34,600 nt of DNA. Source: a virus. Taxonomy: Duplodnaviria > Caudoviricetes. Both the position numbers and the translations under genes were made by a program. The DNA is taken from IMG/VR virus record IMGVR_UViG_3300027711_000011, positions 1 to 34,600 of that record; one strand, 5' to 3'. The notes under the pieces are model-generated. The model ran no database searches. It worked only from the letters and a program-made list of their open reading frames with translations, and was not told the DNA's origin. Every line of letters starts with the position of its first letter. Position 1 is the first letter of the stretch. Shown here in pieces: positions 1 through 8,208 of this stretch.

Positions 1-33
1 ACCATGCCTGTCTACCAATTTCAGCACCTGGGC
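1..33 (-). tRNA. 5' part of a host tRNA-Leu gene (truncated by window edge)
   Basis: Reverse complement reads GCCCAGGTGCTGAAATTGGTAGACAGGCATGGT: acceptor stem plus the TTGGTAGAC D-loop typical of tRNA-Leu. The anticodon lies outside the window. Confidence 0.8.
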
Positions 34-47
34 AAAAACTGGGATTG

Positions 48-55
48 CAAAGATA
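48..55 (-). promoter_or_regulatory. Bacteroidota sigma70-type -7 element (TATCTTTG) for the tRNA
   Basis: Matches the TAnnTTTG consensus, 14 nt upstream of the tRNA 5' end. Confidence 0.7.
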
Positions 56-120
56 GGAAATAGAATTGTTTTAAGATATCCTATGCTGATTATTTTTTGA
101 ATGTTTATTGCTTGGACTTC

Positions 121-126
121 GAACTA
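121..126 (+). repeat. Left copy of candidate target-site duplication GAACTA
   Basis: Identical hexamer at 34475-34480, immediately outside the right end. Confidence 0.75.
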
Positions 127-190
127 TAATCGCAAAATCGAACTGTACAAATTTAAAAATCGAATCGTACAAAAATAGCACGATTCGATT
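125..190. repeat. Transposase-binding end sites (equivalent to Mu attR R1/R2/R3)
   Basis: AAAATCGAACTGTACAAA (134-151) and AAAATCGAATCGTACAAA (156-173) repeat with a 22-bp period. An inverted partial copy, GCACGATTCGATT, lies at 178-190. Confidence 0.75.
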
Positions 191-210
191 AAAGACACAT
201 TAAACACTGT

Positions 211-1011
211 TTAAACCTTACTAATATCATAATTAGCGGTCAACATCTCAAGTTTACGCTTACCACTCTGATTCGATGCGCTCAGGTGCATATAGTTGCC
301 TTTGGTGCTCCATCCGTTTGCTATTGAATGCTCAAGCAATGACTCATTAGGATAACTAGACAATAAGAACTTCCCTTTGATATTGGATAGACATTCTAAC
401 AACTCGTCAAAATGCTGTTGAGTATAGCCTCCATAGTGACCTTGATTGCTATCCACATAAGGAGGATCACAATAAAAGAATGCATCTTCATGGTCGTGCC
501 TCTTTATTAATTGAACAGCATCTTTACTCTCTATCTGAACAAGCTTCAATCTATCAGAGGTGACTTCATTAATTAGCTCCTTTTTATTCTCAAGAAGAAT
601 AACCTCTTTATTTCGATTTTGGGCACATCTCCAAGAGCCAATCTTATTGCTGAACCCTTGTATAGTAACCGTCCAAAACGCCCATGCTCTTGTTAACTCA
701 TCAAAGAGATACGGTGCGTTATACACAACTAAAGCCTGTTTATACGCTGTTCGTGCGTACGGAGTTGAATCTACAAGCTCTTTGAGTTCTTCAGGTTTGC
801 GTTTTAGTACGCTGTAAAAATTCATGACTTGACCATTAAGATCATTTACTACTTCTACATCGGATGGATCTTTAGCCCAAAACAAAGCTCCGCCTCCAAA
901 GAATGGCTCAACATACACTTTGTGTTCAGGTATTAACGGTAGTAATTTGGGTAACATTGTTTGTTTACCTCCATAGTAGGATATCGGTGTTTTTCTTTTT
1001 TTAATTTTCAT
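211..1011 (-). CDS. DNA adenine methyltransferase, Dam/D12 class
   Basis: YYGGK, EPFFGGG (SAM binding), NDLN and DPPY catalytic motifs. Start placed at ATG 1011 (MKIKKRKTPISYYGGK) rather than 1104, which lies inside a hairpin. Confidence 0.92.
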   Translation of the reverse strand: MKIKKRKTPISYYGGKQTMLPKLLPLIPEHKVYVEPFFGGGALFWAKDPSDVEVVNDLNGQVMNFYSVLKRKPEELKELVDSTPYARTAYKQALVVYNAPYLFDELTRAWAFWTVTIQGFSNKIGSWRCAQNRNKEVILLENKKELINEVTSDRLKLVQIESKDAVQLIKRHDHEDAFFYCDPPYVDSNQGHYGGYTQQHFDELLECLSNIKGKFLLSSYPNESLLEHSIANGWSTKGNYMHLSASNQSGKRKLEMLTANYDISKV

Positions 1012-1042
1012 TTCACTATACTTTTTAACTATATTTGTAGCA

Positions 1043-1133
1043 CTCCCCAGTAAATAAGAAAGCACAACACGTGCGAATTTGACCTTAAAGAAGGTCTCGT
1101 GCATGTATTGTGCTTTTTATATTTGCTGGGGAG
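1043..1133 (+). ncRNA. Long imperfect hairpin, candidate structured RNA next to the methylase
   Basis: Paired arms CTCCCCAG/CTGGGGAG, AAATA/TATTT, AAAGCACAA/TTGTGCTTT and GACCTT/AAGGTC. A TATATTTG -7 element lies at 1030-1037 on the + strand. Confidence 0.55.
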
Positions 1134-1162
1134 CAGGTATAGCGGGGCCTTCTTATCCTTCT

Positions 1163-1960
1163 TTAGTCAAAGATTTTAATCTCAACATATACAGGCTCTC
1201 CGTATAATGGACTTCCAGTAACTACGTTGTTTGCCGAAGCTAGACCTGTTACATCAAAGTATGTCATTACAGTTACTCGCATCTTAGTGTCGCTAATTCT
1301 TCGACCACCTGTTACGGTTAAGTTAGAATCAGCTTGTAATTGCCCTATTCCACTTACTATTATTGCTGTTTTTTTATTTAAAAAAATAGGATTAATACTC
1401 TCGAAATCATAAAACAGATAAGATGGAGAGGCTGTGAAAGTTATTATCTCTCCAGTATCATTGTACTCCTCCGTAAATACACCGTCAATAAAGAACCCTT
1501 TGATGCTCTTGTATGGCGTTATTCTTCTCTTAACTGCTTGCCAATATGACTTTGTTTGAGAATAAATCAATGAATTAGGAGGCACACTTACTCCAACCTC
1601 TATTAAAGCTATTTTTTCTCGCCAAGCCTCGTGATCTGATCCATCAAAATAGTCTCTATGTCCCCCAGGCACATCTACAGTTGCAATAGTCCAATATTCG
1701 TTATCTGAACCGGTAGCTTCTGGATATGAGTGTTGATTAACCCTAACAACCTCTCCATTATATAAAACCCATCCAGAATCAACTGTCACCGTGCCAGATG
1801 TAACACTTCGTGAGCATCCACTGATAATAACGACATTGTTGTTTTCTGCAATAGGCTTCATAATAGCCTCAAATGCTTCTCTATATATAGAGTCGATAAA
1901 ACGGAGGTCGTCCACATATATTGGCATCCCCCCATTTGCGTTAATATTTAATGTTTTCAT
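1163..1960 (-). CDS. Putative tail fibre / baseplate-attached protein
   Basis: Last gene of the tail operon, after the baseplate wedge genes. The N-terminus (GGMPIYVDDLRFI) resembles a fibre-anchoring domain and the C-terminus is beta-rich. Confidence 0.6.
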   Translation of the reverse strand: MKTLNINANGGMPIYVDDLRFIDSIYREAFEAIMKPIAENNNVVIISGCSRSVTSGTVTVDSGWVLYNGEVVRVNQHSYPEATGSDNEYWTIATVDVPGGHRDYFDGSDHEAWREKIALIEVGVSVPPNSLIYSQTKSYWQAVKRRITPYKSIKGFFIDGVFTEEYNDTGEIITFTASPSYLFYDFESINPIFLNKKTAIIVSGIGQLQADSNLTVTGGRRISDTKMRVTVMTYFDVTGLASANNVVTGSPLYGEPVYVEIKIFD

Positions 1961-1964
1961 GATT

Positions 1965-2447
1965 TTATATTATTTCAATTATATAATTCTTACTTGCTAA
2001 TTTATATCTGTTTATTAGTGCTCTAAGCCTTGGCTCATCAAAAGTTATGTTGTTTGGAATGTTAACTACAAAGTCTGGCCAACTCTGCAGTTCTTGTTGA
2101 TTAAATAGGTATGTCTCCTGAGTGTTCTCAGATTCATTGTATATGTATGTTTTCTCATTTCCTTCAATCTTGTTGTACAATACCGTGGCTTTTTCCACAT
2201 CGGTAGCATCTTGAATGTATATTCCTCTCTGAGCAGGATCAAAATAGTGATTCAAAATGTGTTCCAAGTATATGACCTGCCCATTCATATGAATAAGCAA
2301 TTCGTTCTCTTTTCGATGCGAGTAATATTCCATTAGAATACGTCTAATAGGCTTACTTAAGAATTTCAGCCATGCAATATTGATATACTTCCTCTTGGAA
2401 ATAGGCAAGTTAGTTTCGTTCCTTTCGTCTACATCTATTAATATCAT
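1965..2447 (-). CDS. Baseplate wedge protein (P2 gpI / Mu gp48-like)
   Basis: Position directly after the J-like gene; GQVIYLEHILN motif. Confidence 0.6.
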   Translation of the reverse strand: MILIDVDERNETNLPISKRKYINIAWLKFLSKPIRRILMEYYSHRKENELLIHMNGQVIYLEHILNHYFDPAQRGIYIQDATDVEKATVLYNKIEGNEKTYIYNESENTQETYLFNQQELQSWPDFVVNIPNNITFDEPRLRALINRYKLASKNYIIEII

Positions 2448-3310
2448 TGCGCTATATAGTTAATTGATGAATTAAGAGGATGAGCAGCGTCCACTTCTAA
2501 ATAACCACCGTTGGCGTTGTAGTAGTCTGTTATTGGTTGATATGCAAAACCTCCATATTTTGCTGCTGCATTCACAAATAAAGGATTAGCAACCCCATCT
2601 GCCAATTGAACTTGATCAATCATTTCAGTAACTGAAAAGACACCATCAAATGGTAAGTTCTTTAGGTAGTTGTTAATTGCATCCTCAACTGGAAATACTG
2701 ATGAATCAGAAATTAAAGAACCATCACTGGCCATCACCAACGGATCGTAGTAGACTTTTAAGTCTACCTTAAATAAATCTGCAGGACGAGACACTGCAGT
2801 TACATTCACACCTGCAAATTTAATTCTATCAAGATATGCATTAAGCGCATCAAGTTGTGATTGTGTAAGCTGTGTCGGTGTATTGCCTTGCAAGTCTGCA
2901 ACTTTAATTATAACCTCACGATTAACACCTTCATTAGCTGAAGCTAACTTGACTATTCGTGAAGCAGCATCTTCTGTAGGATATTCATATTGCAAGGTCG
3001 TTGCATTCCATTCTAATGCATGACCATACTGAAACTCTAAAGCTTTCTTTTGATACCACGGTAGGTTACCTAGTACGAGTTCTCGAGATCTCTGTTCAAC
3101 CGCATTCTTGTGCTGTGTGAATAGATTCTGTAGGTCTGCAATTCTTGACGCAATAATCCAAACAAATAATCGCCAAACACCAACCTTGGAGGTGGTGTTA
3201 AGATCATCCGCCAATTGCTGTGAATCGTCGATGCTTGGCTGTAGATCATTAAGCTCTGTATAGTTAGACTTCTCGTCTAGTATTTCGTTGTAAATATCTG
3301 TTGTTCTCAT
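2444..3310 (-). CDS. Baseplate wedge protein (gpJ / Mu gp47-like)
   Basis: Size, gene order, and LNAYLDRIKFAGV and AINNYLKNLPFDG segments typical of J-like proteins. Confidence 0.7.
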   Translation of the reverse strand: MRTTDIYNEILDEKSNYTELNDLQPSIDDSQQLADDLNTTSKVGVWRLFVWIIASRIADLQNLFTQHKNAVEQRSRELVLGNLPWYQKKALEFQYGHALEWNATTLQYEYPTEDAASRIVKLASANEGVNREVIIKVADLQGNTPTQLTQSQLDALNAYLDRIKFAGVNVTAVSRPADLFKVDLKVYYDPLVMASDGSLISDSSVFPVEDAINNYLKNLPFDGVFSVTEMIDQVQLADGVANPLFVNAAAKYGGFAYQPITDYYNANGGYLEVDAAHPLNSSINYIAQ

Positions 3311-3388
3311 GTTACCTTATTAATTTCGTTATATGTCTTCAAAACTCCGTTTCCTCATCCTCAATCATCTTATAAGGTTGTAGTAATT

Positions 3389-3411
3389 GGGCTGCTTTGT
3401 TAGGGCAACCC
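3389..3411 (-). other. Small intergenic stem-loop after the deacetylase gene
   Basis: GGGTTGC-N9-GCAGCCC on the - strand (one G-U pair), with no clear U-tract. Confidence 0.35.
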
Positions 3412-3418
3412 CTTTTAT

Positions 3419-5530
3419 TTAATCAAAATAGTTCCCTTCTTCTGTTCCATCCATACCTATTACATAGTAATTAGTATCTAAACCTACATTTCCTAACTCC
3501 ACAGGATTTTTATAGAGGTTATAGGCTTGTTTGGCTGTTAGAATAGGTACTTCTAATGATTGTATGTAATCAATCAAGTCGGATAATTCCTGTCTTCTTT
3601 CTCCATATCCTGATGGGTTGTTACTTGGTTGGTATTCGGGATATTGGGGGTGAATTGCGAAGACCAGCCATCCTCCTGTCGCTATTGCTACATCGACGGC
3701 ATCCTTACAAACTTGAAGTCTTGAAACTTCATTCGCTCCTGCATCGAATTTCACCCTCTTTAATTTATAACTTTCGATTGGAGGAACATTGGCGCAAGTC
3801 CCTGCCGCTATTTCACTATCGTCAACCGAAATGAAATCAGTTCTATAATATTTTCTCACAATTCTATCCGTGTCAAAGGTTCTTGAACCAAAAGGCGCAA
3901 CGAACATCTCTGCTTTTTCTCCTATGGCTGCCAGTTCTGTTTTACATCTCTGTAATTCAAACTCTTGTTCTGGAAGCGGTAAATCACCTGTATAGTAATG
4001 GTTATGTGTGTGACCAGCAATGTCGTGTCCTAATGCTGATAACTCCACTATCCTTTCCTTGGTATAATAATTAGGGTCTCCAAATCTACCTGTGATTATA
4101 GCGAATGAAGATTTAACTTCCTTAGAATCTAACATTGGAACATACCAATCGTCATTAAGTACGTGTCCATCATCTGAGATAAAGGAAACCATAGGTATTC
4201 TTGGCTTGGCTGGATTAGCATCCCTGAACACTCTAGATATCGTTGTAATTATACTTTTCCCATTCAACGGAATAGTAGAATTATTCTTTACCCCTCCTGT
4301 CGTAGAAAATGGAGATTCTTTCTGTATTACCTCATTTTTATTGTTTATGCGGGTTGTAGAGGGGTTCGAAGTATTAATTGAAATTCTAATGAATCTTACA
4401 TTTTCAGGAATAATTACCGACGGGAAATAATAGGCTACAGGGTCAGAAACATTCTCTATGTTAGAAACGAGCTCGTAATCAGCATTATATAGCAGCACCC
4501 TGGCGTTTCCTGAAAAAAGAATATACATTTCATATTCCCCAGGCTCTATTCTATAATATTTTTTAGAGTAATACCATCCAGAACCCGCAAATGGAATTCC
4601 ATTGTCCCTCAAAAACCCCTCTCCCCATATTTCAGTATCTGTTATCTGTGAATCCGCCAATTCCTGAAGAAAATTAGTGCCTGGCGCTTTCCTCAGGAAT
4701 CCTAGTTCTTCTTTAGTTTCTTCCTTTTTTAAGTTGACAAATATAGGAGTTGTAAAAACATTGTTTGTAGGGATATTTGCATTTTGTAAAAAATCTGCAC
4801 GTAAATAGCTTGTATCTACATCGTTATGAGATATTTTTATCCACTCAGTACTAGCAGGCAACTGTATTTGAAAAATATAAACTGTGGGATTTGTTTCATT
4901 AGAAATTACATCTACTATATTGTAATTAGCATCGTAAGCTATGATTCTTGCATTACCTGTTAACCGTATATTTACCTCATATAAACCTGGGTAGGCTTTT
5001 ATGAAATTTTTAGAGTAATACCATCCAGAACCCGCAAATGGAATTCCATTGTCCCTCAAAAACCCCTCTCCCCATATCTCAGTATTAGTTACTGGGATGC
5101 CTTGTATTTCTTCTAAAATATTAGTTCCAGCATTTATAGTTTCAATTCCTATATCTTCAGGGGTTAGATTATATCTCTCAAACCTTGTACCCCCTGGTTC
5201 TGAACTCTGAAAACTATAGTATCCTGCATTATTGGAGTCTGTTGCTTCTGATACCTGAAATACAGTTCCATCGGCAGGTTTTGGGTCTACTGCTTGCGCA
5301 TCTGCAAGTGAATCATAGACTTTAACGGATTCAAAAATAGCCGCGTCTAATGTATCTCCGAGAGTTATAACACCTGTCTCAACAGTCTTTACCTTAGTTG
5401 CTAAATCATCGATTGAGTCATATCCATTTTGTGCGCTATCTGTTCTATTCTTAACTTCATCAATGAAATCAGATGTCTCTTGCTCTGTATATTTCTTACC
5501 TCCGTATGGTCTAATGTTGTTTTGTGCCAT
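3419..5530 (-). CDS. Tail-region protein with two tandem beta-rich domains and a C-terminal polysaccharide deacetylase (CE4/NodB-like) domain
   Basis: FISDDG, HDIAGHTHNH, FVAPFG and LVFAIH motifs; internal ~149-aa duplication; no signal peptide. Confidence 0.8.
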   Translation of the reverse strand: MAQNNIRPYGGKKYTEQETSDFIDEVKNRTDSAQNGYDSIDDLATKVKTVETGVITLGDTLDAAIFESVKVYDSLADAQAVDPKPADGTVFQVSEATDSNNAGYYSFQSSEPGGTRFERYNLTPEDIGIETINAGTNILEEIQGIPVTNTEIWGEGFLRDNGIPFAGSGWYYSKNFIKAYPGLYEVNIRLTGNARIIAYDANYNIVDVISNETNPTVYIFQIQLPASTEWIKISHNDVDTSYLRADFLQNANIPTNNVFTTPIFVNLKKEETKEELGFLRKAPGTNFLQELADSQITDTEIWGEGFLRDNGIPFAGSGWYYSKKYYRIEPGEYEMYILFSGNARVLLYNADYELVSNIENVSDPVAYYFPSVIIPENVRFIRISINTSNPSTTRINNKNEVIQKESPFSTTGGVKNNSTIPLNGKSIITTISRVFRDANPAKPRIPMVSFISDDGHVLNDDWYVPMLDSKEVKSSFAIITGRFGDPNYYTKERIVELSALGHDIAGHTHNHYYTGDLPLPEQEFELQRCKTELAAIGEKAEMFVAPFGSRTFDTDRIVRKYYRTDFISVDDSEIAAGTCANVPPIESYKLKRVKFDAGANEVSRLQVCKDAVDVAIATGGWLVFAIHPQYPEYQPSNNPSGYGERRQELSDLIDYIQSLEVPILTAKQAYNLYKNPVELGNVGLDTNYYVIGMDGTEEGNYFD
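4560..5077. repeat. Perfect 71-bp direct repeat (4560-4630 and 5007-5077)
   Basis: Both copies are identical and 447 bp apart. The repeat is the core of the duplicated peptide TEIWGEGFLRDNGIPFAGSGWYYSK. Confidence 0.95.
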
Positions 5531-5542
5531 ATCTATTTTTAT

Positions 5543-5818
5543 TTAACTGAATACTAAAATTGAAAAAACCTCTTCTGAAAAGACTCCTTTTAAGTCTAAT
5601 TCAAAAGTTGAAGTTGTCATTACTACTTTATTCTTGGAGATATAATCCACTATTGCCTGATTTATTACCGTAGGAATCACAAGTATCTCATTCACGTACA
5701 ATGTATCATCAACCTTTCCGTTATGCAACAAGATGTCCATAACAGTATCTATTGATCCTGTGTACATCAATGCGATGTCAAATATCGTTTGGTTGTCCTG
5801 TACTTTAATCTTCGTCAT
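5543..5818 (-). CDS. LysM-like baseplate protein (P2 gpX-like)
   Basis: VQDNQTIFDIALMYTGS...NG...L...L.IP is a LysM-like pattern. Start placed at ATG 5818. Confidence 0.7.
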   Translation of the reverse strand: MTKIKVQDNQTIFDIALMYTGSIDTVMDILLHNGKVDDTLYVNEILVIPTVINQAIVDYISKNKVVMTTSTFELDLKGVFSEEVFSILVFS

Positions 5819-6110
5819 ATCTCGCTGATATTTCAATGTTATCAATGCTGCCAACGCTCACGCTAACATTCTTACCACCATCTGCTTCGATTTGTAGCTT
5901 AATGTCACGCTCGAGTTTCTGTCTTATCCTTGCATCTACTGGAGCACGCAAATAGGAACTTATGCCAATTCCCAACACGGGGTTTTGTGTATATTCACCT
6001 TTGTGGGCAAGAAGCAAATCTTCAACATGTTGCTGATCTGATTCGTCAACCACGAAATCTCCACCTCTTATCTGAAGGTCGCCATCTTTTAATACAAAAT
6101 CTTTAGCCAT
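5805..6110 (-). CDS. Baseplate wedge / gp25-like sheath initiator
   Basis: KGEYTQNPVLGIGI motif, size and gene order. Confidence 0.65.
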   Translation of the reverse strand: MAKDFVLKDGDLQIRGGDFVVDESDQQHVEDLLLAHKGEYTQNPVLGIGISSYLRAPVDARIRQKLERDIKLQIEADGGKNVSVSVGSIDNIEISARYDED

Positions 6111-6627
6111 GTTTAATGTTTTTGTTTTCGATTCCTGTTCCGTCCTTGAAGTCTAAAGAACTTAGTGACGCATTCAATGCTGCTTGAAATGCTGAAGGAC
6201 TTCCATTGCCTGGTTCATTTATTGGCGTAGAGAGTGAACTCTTAAATGCATCAATAAACGCTTTATTCGTTGCCATGATCTGTTGAAGCTCTTCTGCTTT
6301 TACAATTGAATAATCATCTCCATTAAACTCTATTTTATCAGCGTTTAAACGATACTTAACGATATCGTCAAATTTCAATACAACGAGTGCCTCCTTCTTA
6401 TTCTCAATCTTCGCTAGCAATACCTCGCTGCCTATTTTCGGTTCAACGAGAATTCCAGTAACATTTGTATTGATCACTGACTTCACACGAACACCATCCA
6501 ACTCCAAATCATCAACATCGCATGTCAATGTCCAGTCGTTCGAATCGAAGTCTGTCACTTTTCCCGTGAAAACTTGAGCTCCTAACATTGGCTCAACTAT
6601 CGCTAATATGGCATCTCTCAAATTCAT
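6103..6627 (-). CDS. Baseplate central spike (gpV / Mu gp45-like)
   Basis: N-terminal OB-fold-like segment with PKIGSEVLL; follows the hub gene. Confidence 0.7.
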   Translation of the reverse strand: MNLRDAILAIVEPMLGAQVFTGKVTDFDSNDWTLTCDVDDLELDGVRVKSVINTNVTGILVEPKIGSEVLLAKIENKKEALVVLKFDDIVKYRLNADKIEFNGDDYSIVKAEELQQIMATNKAFIDAFKSSLSTPINEPGNGSPSAFQAALNASLSSLDFKDGTGIENKNIKHG

Positions 6628-7556
6628 GTTCTCGCTCCTAATGTTATTTCCTGTTGGTGACCATCAACTCCAATTGAATAGTTCACTTTGTCTATCCAGT
6701 AGCTTCCTACTTTATCGCTGTCTTCATTGTCCTGTATCGTTAAGATGTCGCCTTGACGGACAAATGGCTCGCCAAATAGCGTTAAGCCACCACGCCAACC
6801 GTCATATATTAATCGTTCCGCTTCCTTTTCTGCAAGCTTTTTCAATTGGCTTACAGGAATGTTATAAAAGTTTAATGTCTTCGAGTCTCCGTTAGGGTCG
6901 CCAATTTCAATTTCGTGTTTTGTACCGTCTGCCATATTAGAAATAGCTGCAACCTTAACCTTCACATCTTCCTTTGATTTGTATTCCAAATCATCCTCCT
7001 TGACAGTTTCATTCAAAACAACAAAGTGCTCTTTTGCAAATTCAGGATCATATTGTTTTCCAACCGTGATCTTGCCATTTCTAATGAATGAACGCAATCC
7101 AAAATCGGACTTAATCTGATCTAACAATTTAGCTGCAGATATTTTGGAAGCGATGAACCTTGGTAAATCAATATCAAATGCATCAATTTCGAAGTCTGGA
7201 AGATTTCTCTCCAGGAATGATTTGATAGTTTCATTTTTCGCAACGTCATTGATTTGCAATTGCTTCAATTTCCACATTAAATCTTCACATTCAATTTCTA
7301 TTGGAATAGTTGGTTTAACTGCAGATACAAAACCCTCGAATGCCAAGTACATGTTTGGCTTATAACCGTAACTGATGGTTACAGCATCGCCTTTCTTAAT
7401 CAAGTCTTTGAGTTTGTTCTTATCCAACTTCAAATTAGCAGGCAACATAATAACTGCAGTGTCGGTTAAGGATTCCCAACCGCTTATAATCTCAGCTTTG
7501 TGAACGTAATCAAAAGTGAATTGACCAATGGTGATATGTACTTGCGTTACTTTCAT
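6624..7556 (-). CDS. Baseplate hub protein (P2 gpD / Mu gp44-like)
   Basis: LTDTA, GDAVTISYGY, FEGFV and GSYWIDKVNY motifs. Confidence 0.8.
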   Translation of the reverse strand: MKVTQVHITIGQFTFDYVHKAEIISGWESLTDTAVIMLPANLKLDKNKLKDLIKKGDAVTISYGYKPNMYLAFEGFVSAVKPTIPIEIECEDLMWKLKQLQINDVAKNETIKSFLERNLPDFEIDAFDIDLPRFIASKISAAKLLDQIKSDFGLRSFIRNGKITVGKQYDPEFAKEHFVVLNETVKEDDLEYKSKEDVKVKVAAISNMADGTKHEIEIGDPNGDSKTLNFYNIPVSQLKKLAEKEAERLIYDGWRGGLTLFGEPFVRQGDILTIQDNEDSDKVGSYWIDKVNYSIGVDGHQQEITLGART

Positions 7557-8203
7557 TACTGCGTCAAATTGCTTAATTCATTTGCGTTCAATTCTAAAGG
7601 CACATCGCTCTTCGCTGTGAACGAATATTGCTGACAATTAATGTATGGCGTTTTCTGAAGTGTTGGTTGCATGATCACAATTTCATACACGCCTAGCGCA
7701 TTCAATACCTCGTGATCTACTTCCAAGGTAGATTCCTTTTTCATGAATTTCATAAAATTGACAACTTGCTCCAAAGGATAGCCATAAGATGTGTTGCAGA
7801 TCATGCCACTCACGCTGATTTCAAAATCTCCGTTATTAATGAATTCCTTCACCGAGCTGTCTCGGCCATCTATGATAGTTTCTACAATATTGCGAGGCAT
7901 TGTGATGTCAATAACCGCAGATTCAAGAAATAGATCATCCTCTCCTTCAACTCTCAAAGTCATTGGTTGGAAGAGAGGCACGCCTGCAAGATTGGAGCTC
8001 TCTCCATAATCCTTTCTGTCTTGTGCAGGAATAGATTCATAACCATTGACTATATCTGTAACTTCTTTCAAAGCCGTATTATAATCAATTCGATTCGTTG
8101 ACTGCATTAGTGCTTGTAATGCATACGCCACTTCAGGACGATAATTGACATCTCCTGCCAACTTCGTTACTAATTCTGGTATGTTGTACTTTCTTACTGC
8201 CAT
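7556..8203 (-). CDS. Tail tube initiator (DUF6046-like)
   Basis: Follows the tape measure gene; NIVET..DGRDSSVKEFI motif. Confidence 0.65.
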   Translation of the reverse strand: MAVRKYNIPELVTKLAGDVNYRPEVAYALQALMQSTNRIDYNTALKEVTDIVNGYESIPAQDRKDYGESSNLAGVPLFQPMTLRVEGEDDLFLESAVIDITMPRNIVETIIDGRDSSVKEFINNGDFEISVSGMICNTSYGYPLEQVVNFMKFMKKESTLEVDHEVLNALGVYEIVIMQPTLQKTPYINCQQYSFTAKSDVPLELNANELSNLTQ

Positions 8204-8208
8204 TACAT

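Noticed and set aside
1-126. Integrase-mediated insertion into the tRNA gene
   Set aside because: No tyrosine or serine integrase, no duplicated tRNA fragment at the far end, and the junction lies about 90 bp upstream of the tRNA 5' end.
1012-1104. N-terminal 31-aa extension of the methylase in the ORF track
   Set aside because: It starts inside the hairpin and precedes the point where Dam-family similarity begins; ATG 1011 fits better.
1163-3310. Mu-type invertible G segment
   Set aside because: No invertase gene, no inverted alternative fibre genes and no flanking gix-like inverted repeats seen.
3339-3368. Tiny ORF MIEDEETEF upstream of the J-like gene
   Set aside because: Nine codons is too short to support; it could be a remnant or chance.
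4560-5085. Diversity-generating retroelement template/variable repeat pair
   Set aside because: The copies are identical rather than differing at adenines, both are in frame within one gene, and no reverse transcriptase is encoded in the window.
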